Shown: positions 1 to 13,173 of the stretch, one piece after another
Numbering within the stretch: the first letter of the stretch is position 1
Layout: each line of letters opens with the position of its first letter
From: Paraspadella gotoi
Taxonomy: Eukaryota > Animalia > Chaetognatha
Direction: 5' to 3'
Assembly (NCBI GenBank): GCA_051294375.1
Contig: CM119269.1
Location: 3,974,302-4,038,301, forward strand
DNA: 64,000 nucleotides
Position numbers and translations under genes: made by a program
Notes under the pieces: generated by a model
Database searches by the model: none
Told to the model about the DNA's origin: nothing
What the model saw: only the letters and a program-made list of their open reading frames with translations

Positions 1-3000
1 AAACTCGTCGACGAGAATAAGAAGCGGAGGAAGAGATTCGCCGGTGATTGGATTTGGAGGGTTGGATGGGGATGTGGAGCGAGGGAGAGTTGGATAAGAT
101 TGTATATGGGAAAAGTAGATTGGAAGAGGACTGAGACTAGGATTAGTTGGAACTACTATCTAGGAAAAAAGTATATCACATTTTTAGTGGCGGGGCTGAA
201 AAAAATTGCGGTAATGGTGTGGAAAAACATTTTACCGTCATACCTCAATTCGCTGTACGAGAGCATGCCCAGATGAATGCAGGCAGTAGTGGATGCCGAG
301 GGAGGGCACACCAAATATTGAGAATGTTTTACCCATGTTTTGTATATTTTTTTTTAATATATGAACTTTTAAACAATTATGTGATATACTTTTTTTCCTA
401 GATAGTAGTTGATTGGATGAGTGGAAGTAGATGAGGTTAATTGGTTTCGGACACTGGCTTTGGGTTTATTCCGCATAGTTGATAATTTTTAAAAAAAACA
501 TTTTTTTAAGAAATCCGGACAGCCCGACAGAGAGCCATGGACGAGCTGGGTAGAATGTCGGGACACCTGAAGGATTTGAAGGAAAAGGTTTGTCAATAAA
601 TTAGAAAATAATAAATAAATTAGATAATAAATAAATAAATAAATATTTCAATAAATTAGAAATCATACCCCGGAATCATTTTTATCGAAAGTTAAAATCG
701 TACTCAAATGAAATTATTTATAACAGTTGGACAACGTGGACAGAACTTTGTCTTCTGTAGAAGATCACGATGACAAACCCTTCTCCAGAGCCTATGATCA
801 GTACAACAGAGGTGAGTTGTTCAACATACAAAAATATGCAGTATGCAAATGAGGTTTTAAGCCAATATTCTCTCTCTCCACCCGTCCACCGTCAGGTTCG
901 CCGCCGTCGACTCGTGTCCGATCCTCCAGCGACGGAAGTCGCGGCGCATCAATGCCAAAGTTCGTCCACGACTTCCCGGAGTCGGAGGACGAGGATCTCG
1001 GGAAGAAGATGGACGAGGAGATCGACGAGGAGATTGAGAAGTTGTTGAAGAAGGAATCGGGGAAGGTGGTGATGGGGTTGGCGGGGAAGGGGGGGAATGG
1101 GTCGTTGGAAAAGTGGGGAAGGAAGATTGGAAGTAATGGGATTAACTCAGAAAAGCTTGTTTATATTTACAATATACATCCAGCTTTTATAGATGGATAC
1201 GGGTGAGTAAATGAGAAAATGTTATGTTATGTTATGTTACGTTCTCCACAATCCTCCTAAGCACGAACCACGCTCGCGCAACCCATCGTCCAGAAGCGAA
1301 GCGTCGGCCTCCAAGAAATTCAAGACCCACACCTACTTGGTGGTGAAGCCGAAGGACGGGTCACCGCCGAAGGTCTACCAGGAAATCTCCTCCTTCGACG
1401 GGATTCCGGAATCGGTGGTGCAGACGGCAACGCCGGCGGCTTCCGCTGCTCCGTCGGCGGCGGCGTCGGCGGCAACCAAATCCGCGCCACCTCCGCCCAT
1501 GCCGGCGCCGAGAGCGGCGGCCGCCAAGGCTGCGGCGGCTGCGGCGATCGAGAGAAAGAAGAAACAAGCCGCGGCGGCTGCTGCGGGCGACGACGCTTAC
1601 GCCGAGATTCCGTTCATCGACGACGAAGAAGACGCAAATTACGTGGATTTTCGCGGAAAGTCGGAAGGGGGCGGGGCGTTGGAGAAGTCGCCCAGTGAGT
1701 GGGATGCCCGTCCGTCGGTGTCCGGCTGTCCGATACCATTAAAACTAAATAGAAAAACCTAACCTAAACTAAACTTTCCATCCAACCCTTCCTCGCCCCA
1801 GCGGTCGATCGGCGCCAGATACCCTTTCAGGCGGCGCGCCAACGCCTGGCATCAGCCTGGGCGCAGGAGGCGAAGGAGGCCTGGAAGCTGCGGAATCCGG
1901 AAACTGCGGCGCAGGAGGAAGCCGAGAACGCGCCGCCCGACGCCGTTGGAGTATCCGACTTTGAGACAGCGTCGGATCGCGGCGCCGATGCCGAGGTAAG
2001 TTCGGTGGGTGGGTAAGGTTTCGGCACTGAAGCGGCGCTGTGAGGGGAGACCATGGTAGTGTTGACGCAACAAGGTTTGACCGAGGTTGCGTGTTGTAGT
2101 TGTTCGTCCACAGTAGCAGATTAATTTGTGGATTATTTCAAATGAGATTAAGTTCTTCAATATCATTTGCATATTGTCGTATTCTGATTAAACTTTGATA
2201 AATTTTTGTTCTATTGCCCTGAAGGTTTAATATTAATATTTTACGCTGAAGAGCCGCGATCGAAAGCATTAATATACACATGCAGATTTTGAATCTTTTC
2301 TTTTCGGTTATAGAACATTATTGAACATTATTGAAAGGGGAATTAACAGAGCCCAAAGTTGAAGAAACGGATGAGAAAAAACCACCTCCCGGTCCCTCAC
2401 CGCATTCTCCAGGTGATCCGCCTCGACTTGGAGTCTCCCAACTTCTCCAACGTGCGCCTCTCCGGCCGCAAGACGCTCGTCCCCGAAGGCGCCTTCACTG
2501 GCGCCGTCTACGAGACGCGGACCGAGTTGTTGAGCCCGACTGACGTCATGGGCGCCGACGAGATCTTGATGAAGGAAGGCGTCGAGGGACTGCAGGTTGA
2601 TGGGGAGATTGCCCGTCTTTCTTTATCTCTTTCTCTCTTTCTTTATTTTCAAATTTTCTTTTTTTTCCCAACTCTTCCTTCAGCACCACATGCAGTTCTC
2701 TCCGTCGCCGCAGCCGTCGACGACGCATTCCGGCGTCAAGTGGATCAGCCTGGAGAGTCGCCGCAAAGAGAAGCCGCCGCACGGAGACAAATACTCGACG
2801 CCGGAGCGACATCTCAGCGTGAAGAAGATCGAAGTGGAGCAGACCGACACGTCGTGAGGATTGATTGATTGATTGATATGATTTGATTGGCTGATATTTA
2901 ATTTGATTGATATTATTTGATTGGCTGGTATTTAATTTGATTGATATTATTTGATTGGCTGATATTTAATTTGATTGATATGATTTAATTAAATTATATG

Positions 3001-6000
3001 ATTTGATTTCTATGATTCTATTTGAATGTTTGAATGATTGATTGATTAGTACATTTTATCGATCACGATTCACAGTCTTTTTTTACCCTAAAATTCCCTT
3101 AAATGTCCAAAGTTACATCGCTACGGCGGAGATCAAAACGAATCAGGAGAAAGAAGTGATCATCGATCCTTGTTACGACGCCTTCAGCGATTTGGAGGAG
3201 CAACTCGAGCAATGTTTGTTTTTTCTTGCTTTCTTGTTTTGTTTTTTTTTGTGTTTTTTTTTTCTAATTTTTTTTTTCACTAGTTTATTTTTACATCTTG
3301 ATAAGTGATTGATTTATACAATCCTCCCCCAAACGTCTTCGCTCTCAACATCCGATTCCATTTTTCTTTTTGCTCATCTTGGCATCATTCCATCACATTT
3401 CCAATGCCTTCTCCTTTTCACCCTTTCCTGTTATTTATTTATTCCTCCTTTCCATCCTGATAATTAGTTACGACCAGAGTACTCGCGGAGCAACTCTATA
3501 AGTCACTTTTCGGTCAGTCAGTCGGTCTGTCTGTCCGTCGGTCTGTTCCACTTATATTAAAAATGCATGTAATTTGCCCATAGTTGGTTGCTTATTTGTT
3601 AAGACGGAAGAAAACCTCAAATCTAAGGAACTGCGAGTGCCACCTTCAGGAAATCCTACAACTATAAGGAATAAAATATTAGATGCAGTGCAAGTCATAA
3701 ATACAAGGGCTTAGAAAGTATTTCACTCATGTCATGTCATGTCATGTCATATCATGTGATCAAAATAGAGTCACTGCGGCGCAATACATTGGAATCACCG
3801 TTCTTGTTACTCTTTCTCACTCTCTTCTCCCTTCCCGCCTTTTCAACCTAATTTCCACCCCCCCCCACATCCTCAGGCAAAACCCGCCTGTCTCGCCTGA
3901 AGGAACTCAACTTTCCTCCTCTCATGGACGATTTGGTTCTGACGCGGAGTCGATCCTTCGTCATTCCGACTCAAGTGACGCCGGCCGTGGCGCCGGTGGC
4001 GAAGGTGACGCAGCTGGCGCCGGTGGCGCCCGTGACGACGCCTATGGGCGGGCCGATCTTCTTCGACGAGGGCGCCGGTTTGAAGGTCGGAACAAAATTG
4101 TTGTAGTTGTGGACGACGATCACGATCACGATGATGATGATGATGATGATGATGATGATAATGATGATGATGATGATGATGATGCTGATGATGATGTTAA
4201 TGATGATGGTAATGATGATGATGATGATGCTGATGATGATGATGGTAATGATGATGATGATGATGGTAATGATGTTGGTAATGATGATGATGATGATAAG
4301 AAATATTCCCTCACAATCCCGACCCCAGCGCGCGGACTCGATCAAGAGTCTGACGGGCTTTTCCAACTCTGGGCGTCGTGCTTCCATCGCCGTCGAGCCT
4401 TCCTCCATCAGCGTCTCCCACGGGGCGGGCCACTCGGCCATGTGCTGCATCTGCAGAGACATCTACTCGCAGGTACAGAGGAAGGGATTAATGAACGAAT
4501 GAATGAATGAATGAACGAATAAATGTATGACTTACATATTGAATAAATAATAATTATAAAGCTTACGGTAGAAAACAATAAATTATATATATATATATTT
4601 TATATATATTATATATAAATAAAAAAATTATTATATATGATTATTAAGAAATATAAAGAAAAAAAAATTCTCTCGACGAATAAATTCATTTCCACTTGAA
4701 CGATTCCCTCAAAACTTGATTTCCAGCTCAATTACACATTTTTTTTTACCTTCACAGAAAGTTTCAAGTTGAATAGTTGATTGATTGATTACTTGACAAA
4801 CAGACAGACCGATCAAAAATACGAATAGGCCTCTTTCCCCAGGGTCTCCGCGACATCGCTACCATTCAAGAGAAAGCCAAAGGCTCCTGGGTGGACCTCA
4901 GCCCCGGAATGCTCTACCGCCCTCTGTCCAAGACTCTCTCGGTGGAGTCGGTCGCGTCCAACGCCGAGTTGGAGGCGTTGGAGACGGAGTTGACGGCCTG
5001 TCGCGACCAACTGGACAAATTGAAGAAGATGCACCTCGGGCCGTCGATGACGCCGGTGCCGGAGGAACCGGCGACGCCGACGGAGGCCAAAATGGCGCCG
5101 GACGCGAAGAAGGCGCCGGAGTCGAAAAAGGCGCCGGAGAATAAGGTGAGGGGAGAAAAGGGATGGAAAAACGGAGGGATGGAAAGAAAGAAAGAAAGAA
5201 AGAAAGAAAGAAAAAAGAAAGAAAGAAAGAAAGACCGACCGACCGACCTAACCCTCTCCGTTCAGGCGACCCGTTCGTCGTCGACCGACAAAAAGCCGCC
5301 GGTTCCGCAATCGACAAAGAAAGTCGCCGACGCTGACGCCAAGGAAGACCGGCGCCGTCCGACGCCGGAAAAGCCGACGTCGCCGACGCCTTTCGATTAC
5401 GTCGGTATTTACCCGCGACGCCGGGCTTCGATCGTCGGCGCCGTCATTCCTTACCCGAACTGGCCGGCGTCGCACGGCGGAGTTTATGGGTAAGTAAGGA
5501 ACGGGGTGAGGATTTCAGTCTTGGGTCAAAACGAAGGAATATTGGGCACAAACTGGTTTGGCCGAAAATTTACATCTGCTCCCGTTCTTTTATCACGTCT
5601 AACAAATTCCTTTCCCATCTCATCTGTGCTAATCCCATCTCTATCCCAACTACATCTTCCATCTCTATCCCAACTACATCACTCATCTCTATTCCAACTA
5701 CATCTTCCATCTCTATTCCAACTACATCTTCCATCTCTATCTCATCTCTATCCCAACCCCCTTTTCTCCCTCCCACACTTCCAGCTACGGCTTCCCGCTC
5801 AACGGCTACATCACCACCAACCCATTGGCGCCTCCTTCGCAGCAAGCCTTTTTCACCACCTTCGTCGACATGGGCGAGGAGGGGGCGCTCCGGCAGCCGG
5901 CTCCGCCCGCGTCGGCGGCGGCGTCTCCGGCGTCGCCGCCTGCACCGGCAAAGGCGGTCTCTCCGGCTCCGCCACCGGTCGTCAAGGAGGAACCGGAACC

Positions 6001-6133
6001 GGAACCGGAACCGGAGCCAAAGGCGGTGGAAGCGGAGGAAGATGTGGAGCCGCTTCCGCCTCCGATGGCCAAACCGCCCTTACCCACCAAAGATCGGAGA
6101 AAGGGCCTTACCTTTTGGTCGCTCATTGTATGA
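1..6133 (+). CDS. Multi-exon gene, 5'-partial; coiled-coil/low-complexity protein of unknown function (~895 codons visible)
   Basis: 14 exons with GT-AG boundaries that splice into one open frame: 1-43, 511-587, 727-811, 896-1065, 1262-1694, 1802-1995, 2413-2595, 2684-2853, 3113-3213, 3877-4085, 4329-4472, 4843-5145, 5266-5489, 5785-6133 (TGA). Exons are mostly GC-rich, introns AT/microsatellite-rich. Ends ...KDRRKGLTFWSLIV*; AATAAA at ~6781. No domain recognised. Confidence 0.85.
2857..3045. repeat. Intronic GATT-rich minisatellite
   Basis: Repeated 'atttgattggctgatatttaatttgattgatatt' units plus (GATT)n. Confidence 0.85.
3464..3655 (-). mobile_element. HINE/DINE-1-like non-autonomous Helentron-type repeat, family A, copy 1
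   Basis: Reverse-complement similarity to 11232-11426 and 60891-61088; internal GACC/GACA microsatellite and terminal ...AGAGTTGCTCC... stem-loop region. Confidence 0.65.
4128..4296. repeat. (GAT)n intronic microsatellite
   Basis: Imperfect GAT run between exons 3877-4085 and 4329-4472. Confidence 0.95.
5635..5757. repeat. 24-bp intronic minisatellite (~4.5 copies)
   Basis: Unit ccatctctat(c/t)ccaactacatctt. Confidence 0.9.
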
Positions 6134-6354
6134 AAAGGGGGGGACGGTCGGAGGAGGAGGGGGTGAGGTTTGGGTAAGGATTGGGGTATCGGTCGGGTGG
6201 GTGGGACAACGATTTCTCTTTAGGGATGGGGGGATGGACTTTGCATCGTCGCACTTATTTTCTTACTTTTTAATAGCAGGGATTTGTTGGGGTTTTTTTT
6301 ATATTTTTTTAATTATTTATTTTTATCTTTCTTGTTCTTTCTTTCTAAGTCCTT

Positions 6355-6355
6355 T

Positions 6356-6439
<84 letters not shown>

Positions 6440-6440
6440 A
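6355..6440. repeat. (TTTC)n microsatellite in the 3' UTR
   Basis: Direct reading. Confidence 0.95.
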
Positions 6441-7166
6441 ATTTCTTTATTTCTTTATCTTTCTTTATCCTACAAGATTTTTGTTGTTTTTTGTCGTTGT
6501 TTATTTTTATGTAGAAATTGTGAAAATCGAAAGGATAATTGTGAAATTCCGCGCGTGAAGCTTTAACTTTACCCTCTGGTCAATTATGACCATTTTTTTT
6601 TCTATTTTAAACATACTTTTGAATTCCGCTTAGCGTTTTTTTGTGTTTAATCGTTTATTTTTAATTGTAATTACAAAGACGTCCGAATAACTGTATATTT
6701 AACTCGGACATAACATGTGTTGTATATCAAAAAACGGTTTTTTTTATTAAGAAAGAAAAAAAAGATTTTTGTCACTAGTCAATAAACACGAACCTTTTCA
6801 TTCCCAATAAACTTCTCGTTTTACGAGAAAAATCAAAATATGTGTCTGTCGACAAGAACGATGAGCGGAGCATTCGCGTCTTTTTTTAAAATGCGACATT
6901 TTGTGACAAATCGTCGTCCTAATTTCAATCAATCAACTCTATCGCCGGTAACTTCCTGACATGAGCGAAATTAATGTCTGCCTTTTGGGAAATTAAGAAT
7001 ATACTGTTAAAAAAAGGTTTATAGGATAAATCACATGATAAAAAAAAAATCTTGATGCGATCTCCAAAGTCGATGTCGTGTCGAAAACTCATTAAAAGAG
7101 ACAAAAAAAATTGTGATCGTAAATATTGCGAGCCCAGGCGAAAAATTCACTTTTTACGAGGGGGCG

Positions 7167-7209
<43 letters not shown>

Positions 7210-7876
7210 GAGAGAGGGAGAGAGAGAGAACTGATACTTTATTTTTCAAATAATCATAAGACAATAGAAATATATCTCCCTTTTTTTTCTAATCAAATTC
7301 ACTCTCGTTGGATCGAGTCCTTGACTATCAGAGATCGATCTGAAGGGACAGGATAGATGAGTGATCTTTCCGCAGCTTTAAACGCTTCTATCACTTCAAA
7401 CGATCCTTACTGTCACTAGGACCCTTTCGATCTCCTCGGCCTCTTTTATCGAGTCGATAATTCGACAGCATTTTTAGGATCCTTAAATCTTAATCGCAGA
7501 ATATTTAATGATATCATTTTTTCAGTGGAACACACAACGATTGAATTACAATCAGAATAAAAAGAAGCATTAACTAAAATAAAGTATATCCGAAAACGAT
7601 TTTGTATAGGAATTTTGTTTTTTGTTCAGGCTACAGGTTTTTTTAGACAAGCGCACGCGTTTTTAAAGCAGTTGTCTCGTCAATACTGCTTTTTCTGACA
7701 ATTAGAACAGGAATCAAAACATACTGTTTTCGACAAAACCTCATATCTTTTAAAATGCTTGTCTTTCACCACTTTGTTTTTTCGAAAAGGTTCTTATAAC
7801 TCAATAGACAGCGATGACAACAACGAAAACAAAAACGAAAACAAAACCAAAAAGAAAAACAAGGACTTCAACTCAC

Positions 7877-9371
7877 CCGCCTCGACGATGTGGTCCAGCG
7901 TCGGGAACCTCTTCTTCACCGGCAACGAGATGGAACAAAAGAGCAGCGTCGACGACAGCGCCATGTAGCGCATCAGCGTCCGCCGAATCATGCGCCCTCT
8001 GTCGTCCGCCCCGTGAACCAAGGAGCCAATGCGGATCATCATTCTGACAAAAGGGAAAGTTATTGAATAATGGATTGGGTGTGGGGGAAAGAGAGAGAGA
8101 TGAGAGAGAGCGAGGAGAGAGAGAGAGAGGAGAGGAGAGAGAGAGAGAGAGAGAGAGTCAACTCACGGATCGGGCCATGGGACGTGAAGATATTGATTCC
8201 ACCATCGAGTTACAACGAGTGAGACGTAGAACCCAACGACGAAAGTCAATGGAATCAAATCTGTGAAACCTTTGAAGATGTTCACCACGCTTTCGAACAC
8301 CCTGTATTTTTTTTTTCGGAAGATGAATTTTAGAATCCAAAAAATTTATACAAAAAAGTTTCTCGTACGGATTTTTTTTTTTTTTACACGCTAAGATTTA
8401 TGAAGTCCGTTCAAGTGGACTTTTGAAATATTTTTATGTCAGTTAACTATTTATAATCAATCATAGTTTTTTCCTTTTTTATTTTTTTTTAAATGCTTTC
8501 TTTTTACGACTTTATATGATTTACCTCATTAAAATATATGTTTTCACCGTGACTAAGGAATAACACTAACCTCTTAGATGCATCGTTCAGTCCGTATCTG
8601 TACGTCAGAGAGATTGCGGCGTACAGAACTAGGAAAACAGCAAGTTCTCGGTAAACAAGCTTGTATATAGAGCCCTGAATAAAGTGAATCAGTTTTTTGA
8701 TAAGTTTAAAAAAACAATGAATTTCTATGAAAAAAATAAGTTTATGGAAAATTAAGCCCAAAAATTCGTAAAAAAAAAAGATAAAAAATAAAAAAAGGGC
8801 GACGTTTGAACTTTAATAAAAAGATTTCTTATCGCCGATATTTTTTATCTATCTTTCGAGATTTTCGTTTAAAAAACGATTAATTTGACCACCAGAGGTG
8901 TTTCTGGATCCAATAGGATCCAATAGGAAATCGCTTCTCAAAAACACCCTGAGAAATTTACCTACCGGGTATTTTTACAACTTTTCATTTTTCACTCCAG
9001 CTTTTTTTTTTTTATTTCTTCCGAGCATAATTTTATTTTTTTAATTTTAAAACACGTGAATCTTTAAGAAAAATTTACGATCATCCCGGTTGGCGAATAA
9101 ATAAAATCGCTGGCTGAGAGATAAACCAGATAAGCAATTTTTAACTGTTGCAACTTGACTAGTTTTTTTTTTCTTTTTATGACGTTTGAAATAGATAACA
9201 TTCATAATTTTTGAAAGATTATGACGTAAGCGAACGAAAAGATGACAATGACGACGATGAAGACAACAAAGATGACAAAGATACGGCGAGACTTACCCGC
9301 CAGTGGAAGAGCAGCCGAACGAATCCGCCAAATCTTACATTGGCCACTTTTCCGGTATACGATACTGTCAT
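7877..9371 (-). CDS. BEST: Bestrophin-family anion channel, N-terminal four coding exons (~160 aa)
   Basis: Exons 9371-9297, 8674-8571, 8301-8167, 8043-7877 splice in frame to [35 protein letters not shown]...DLIPLTFVVGFYVSLVVTRWWNQY...PWPD...RRTLMRY...VKKRFPTLDHIVEAG, including the bestrophin RFP signature; canonical splice sites. Downstream exons not found. Confidence 0.95.
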
Positions 9372-10379
9372 GATGTATCCTTAATAATTTCGATTTTTTA
9401 TTTATATTTATATTTAACCAACAAATATTTATCGATATTCCTAATTTTGTTTTTCGACCTCCAGTTTTGTTTCGATTTGATCTCTGGCGCTTGTTTTGAA
9501 TTGGTATTTGGTTTTGTTTCGTATTATTTTTTTTTTTTTTCGTTTGTTGTTTTTTCTGTTTTCGGCGACTTTTATTGACTGGCCATTGATGGGCCCAACG
9601 TTCGGAAGGATAATTTTTTCCGGCGTCTCATCGTTTTTTAGTTCGATTTCTTTCTTTATTTTATTTTTATCTTTAAATCGTTTTGTTTGTTTGTTTATTA
9701 TAATAAGTTTACCTTTTTGCTTTCAAAAAAAACGGCGGGTTATTTATTCTCCAATAAATGTTTCGCCTTTAACTCAAAAAAGACGCAGAAATGAGATAAG
9801 AGAAGAGAAAATATTAAATCATCACCAGTAAATTTTTTGTTTTGTTGTTTTGTTTTGTTTTTTTTTTTTGTGGTTGTTTTTTATATTTTTTTTTCTCGTT
9901 CTGGAATAAACAAAATTAAAAACTGTTGCGTTTATTGCGTCAGCCAAATCCCATCGGAAAAAAATTGAACAGGAAAACGATAAAAGGTTGATGAAGAAAA
10001 CATTGTTGTTGTTGTGGTTAAAGAGACTGACGATGATGATGATGATGATGATTTTGAAATATAAACCAGGTTTTTCTTAATTCTTTTTTTACATTTTTTT
10101 TATGTTCGTGAAAAAAGGGATTTGCGATGATGATGATCTAACGCGCAAAGTGTAGAGAAACTCCCGGAAAATTTGGTTAATCATTGACTAAGCTTATTAA
10201 GCTTAAAATCTAGTTGTATATTAAGATAGAAAGGGTCACGTGTCTCGGCGAAGAATGTCTTCCAAAGTTGACAAATTTAAAAAAGCTTTTTTTAATAACA
10301 ATTGAAAAAAAAAAAACCGTTCGGTACAAAAATCTTCCTCGTCGTTCATAAGAAAACCGAAGAAAGAACCAAGAATCCG

Positions 10380-10560
10380 GACTCCGGCCAATAGGAGCGC
10401 GTCACGACCTACCGGCTGGCTTAGGAACGTCTATGATTGGACCCCCAAAAAAATATGAAAGAACTCGGTTAATGACGTCGCGTTTACGGGATCTTGCTCG
10501 GCCATTGGGAAAGGAGGAAAGACGTGAGGAGGGTAACTGTTTCGATTGGTTGGAATCGAG
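10380..10560. promoter_or_regulatory. Possible promoter ~1 kb upstream of the bestrophin ATG
   Basis: Locally GC-richer segment with several CCAAT/ATTGG boxes and a TGACGTC CRE-like site. Confidence 0.3.
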
Positions 10561-11231
10561 AAAAACAATTCGCGTGACGGAGAACGTTGCGAGAGATTGA
10601 GAAGAAAAAGTATCAATGAGATTTTTTTTTTGGAGGTGTATCGAAACTCTCGTTTGAAGCAAATAATTATTGTTTTAGTTAACCATTAATTGACGATTCG
10701 ATAGATATTTATAAAAATGTAATAAACAAAAACCGTGATGTTAGTCGAATTGAAAGTCAATATTAAAATTTCGTAATAAAAATTTCATAAAAAACCTTGT
10801 ACACCAATTTGACGTCTCTTCATGAATGAATCATTGCCTTTTTTTAATTCACGACCTTTTTGTTTTGGTTTCTGATTTCCATAAGACAAACAGACAGACG
10901 ACGGAAATTCGACCATATTTTCTAAAACTGACCCATGTTAGCCTCAATTAAAAATCATATTATTTTTTTTAAGTATTAGGAAAAAGGTTAAGGATAAAGT
11001 TGGGGATTGGGTTATAAATTTACTATAAAATGAGACTTAAATTTAAAGTAAAAAAAAAAATTAAGTTTAGGAATTCAGAGCTTTCAAAAAACAGTACCGG
11101 AAATTTAAATATCAGGTTTACTTCAACCAATTTCTAAAATGATGGGGCGAGCCGCTAAAAAACGAGAACGGAAATTAAAATGTGCGTTGGGCCGCAGTTT
11201 TTAGCCCTTCTTTTATTCTTTTTAGTTTTAT

Positions 11232-11426
11232 GATTTCCTGAAGGGGGCGCTAGCAGTCACTTAGATTTTAGGTTTTTTCCTGTCTTAACAAACGACAATA
11301 GGCGAGTTATGAGCATTTTTATTATAAGTGAGAAGGACCGACGGACAGACATACCGACCGACCGACAGACCGACCGAAAAGAGTTTCATAGAGTTGCTCC
11401 GCGATGACCCGCAGCGCAACTAAAAA
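11232..11426 (+). mobile_element. HINE-like family A, copy 2
   Basis: cctgaagggggcgctagcagtc...ttagattt...gtcttaacaaa...(GACC/GACA)n...agagttgctccgcg...gcaactaaaaa. Confidence 0.7.
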
Positions 11427-11699
11427 CTTGTTCTCTATAAAGGTCATATTTATCCACTATCAGGTAACGTAGTATTTTTTGGCAGCGGCAGCCAATGCTT
11501 ACACTACATACTACGACAAACGCTCAGCCACCCTTAATTCTTAGTATATTTTTCGGCCTTAAGTCTTTCTCAATATAAATATTATTAATGTCAAGCGGAA
11601 AACAACATTACTTGTCCGACATCTTTGGTCGAGGAAAAATAGCGCCGTCAGCTGATTATAATTTGCATACGGTACGAGTTTCCATGAATGTATGTCAAA

Positions 11700-11784
<85 letters not shown>

Positions 11785-11948
11785 GAAACGAAAGCCAAAA
11801 CGACGCGATTTACTTGAGGAGAATTTTGACATTGGCGAAGGAAGAAAAGACACGAAACATGTTTAAAATGTTATAAAAAAAATATATAAATCCTCTAAAT
11901 GGAAAGGAACACACGTTTTATGATTTTTTTTAATTTTTTTTTCGTTCT

Positions 11949-12240
11949 TTAAACTTTTTCCGATTTTTCTCTCGTTGTTGTCGCGAAACCGGAGAGAAGC
12001 TCGCGGCCGGAGATGCAGCAGCAGCCGCGCTCCGTCGCCGCGGGCGGCAGCCGCCTCTGTTTAGGGTCGATCGAAGCCGCGGCTGGCGCGGATGCAAGGG
12101 GAAAGCCATTCATGGCTACGAAAGAGGAGGACTTCCCCCTTCTCTTTTTTTTTGGCGACGTTTGGGGAAAAGTTGAGGCTTCGTCCGATCGTCTGCTCGA
12201 CGAGCGCGACGTGCGCGACGCGCTATGCACGTGCGAGATG
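11949..12240 (-). other. GC-rich segment, possible terminal exon of an unidentified gene
   Basis: GC-rich like confirmed exons; open frame ...RRSDEASTFPQTSPKKKRR...GCCCISGRELL...EKV*; no partner exon found. Confidence 0.25.
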
Positions 12241-13173
12241 CTTTTTTTTTCAGCGTGGATATTTGGGAGAGAAAAATGGACTGAAATACTTAATTAAAGA
12301 TGAGTAAAGGCCTTCGTATTTATCGTTAAGTATAATCGTTCCTTTGCTTACTAAGTAATCATACTTTGTTAAATCTCACATATTACCTAATACGAATCCT
12401 CGTGAATTATTATTAACGGTTTTAAGATTCTGAACGTTACTCACCGAATTTCTCTACGTATCTAAATGAAAAAAGAAATAGACTAGCCAAGTTAACGAAA
12501 GTAAAATCATTAGTCTGACATTGAAAACAATGCAGCCAAAAGACTTTTTTATTTTTAAAATTTGGCCACGACAGGATCGTCAGGGAAGATTGCAGGATGC
12601 GACATTTTATCAACTCAGTACGTTGTACCCCTTTCGAGATTCACAGGTGTATTGTCCGCTTGCAGCCGTTTAAATTAATTCTATTTAGTTTCAGGACAAA
12701 TACAAAGGTCTGAATATTGAAAAATGTTCTGTAGTGATGTAATATCACGCCGGTTGTATACGACTGTTCCTTCCATCAGTGCCGTATCAGCACACTGAGC
12801 TAATGCTTCATCTCCGAACTCAATGGTACTGGGTTCTACCCCTGCTCGGAACAGTCCTTGCAAAAATAGTGACGGGCCTGTTAAACCACCGGCGACCCTC
12901 TCCCCTCTCCGTCACTTCAGTTTAAATATAATATTATCAGATTGCTTTGGTTGGATAAAAGGAGTCAACAAAGAAAGTTTCTTAATTGTTTTTTTATAAA
13001 CCTAACTGGAATTTTAACATCTCGCTTTACTTTGTAACTGAAATCAATTATTTTATTTACTATTCTAAAACCCCCCAAAATTCATTAAATTCACACATTA
13101 TGTAACAAATATACATTCTTTTTATTTTTCATAAATATTTTAGCAATCTTAGCACAATCTCTCTTTTATCGAT

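Noticed and set aside
3734-4510. Poly-D, poly-M, poly-I and poly-S ORFs
   Set aside because: Translations of an intronic (GAT)n tract; the true exons are in other frames
12681-12863. 60-aa minus-strand ORF as an extra exon of the coiled-coil gene
   Set aside because: The gene already stops at 13174; no convincing splice partner or motif
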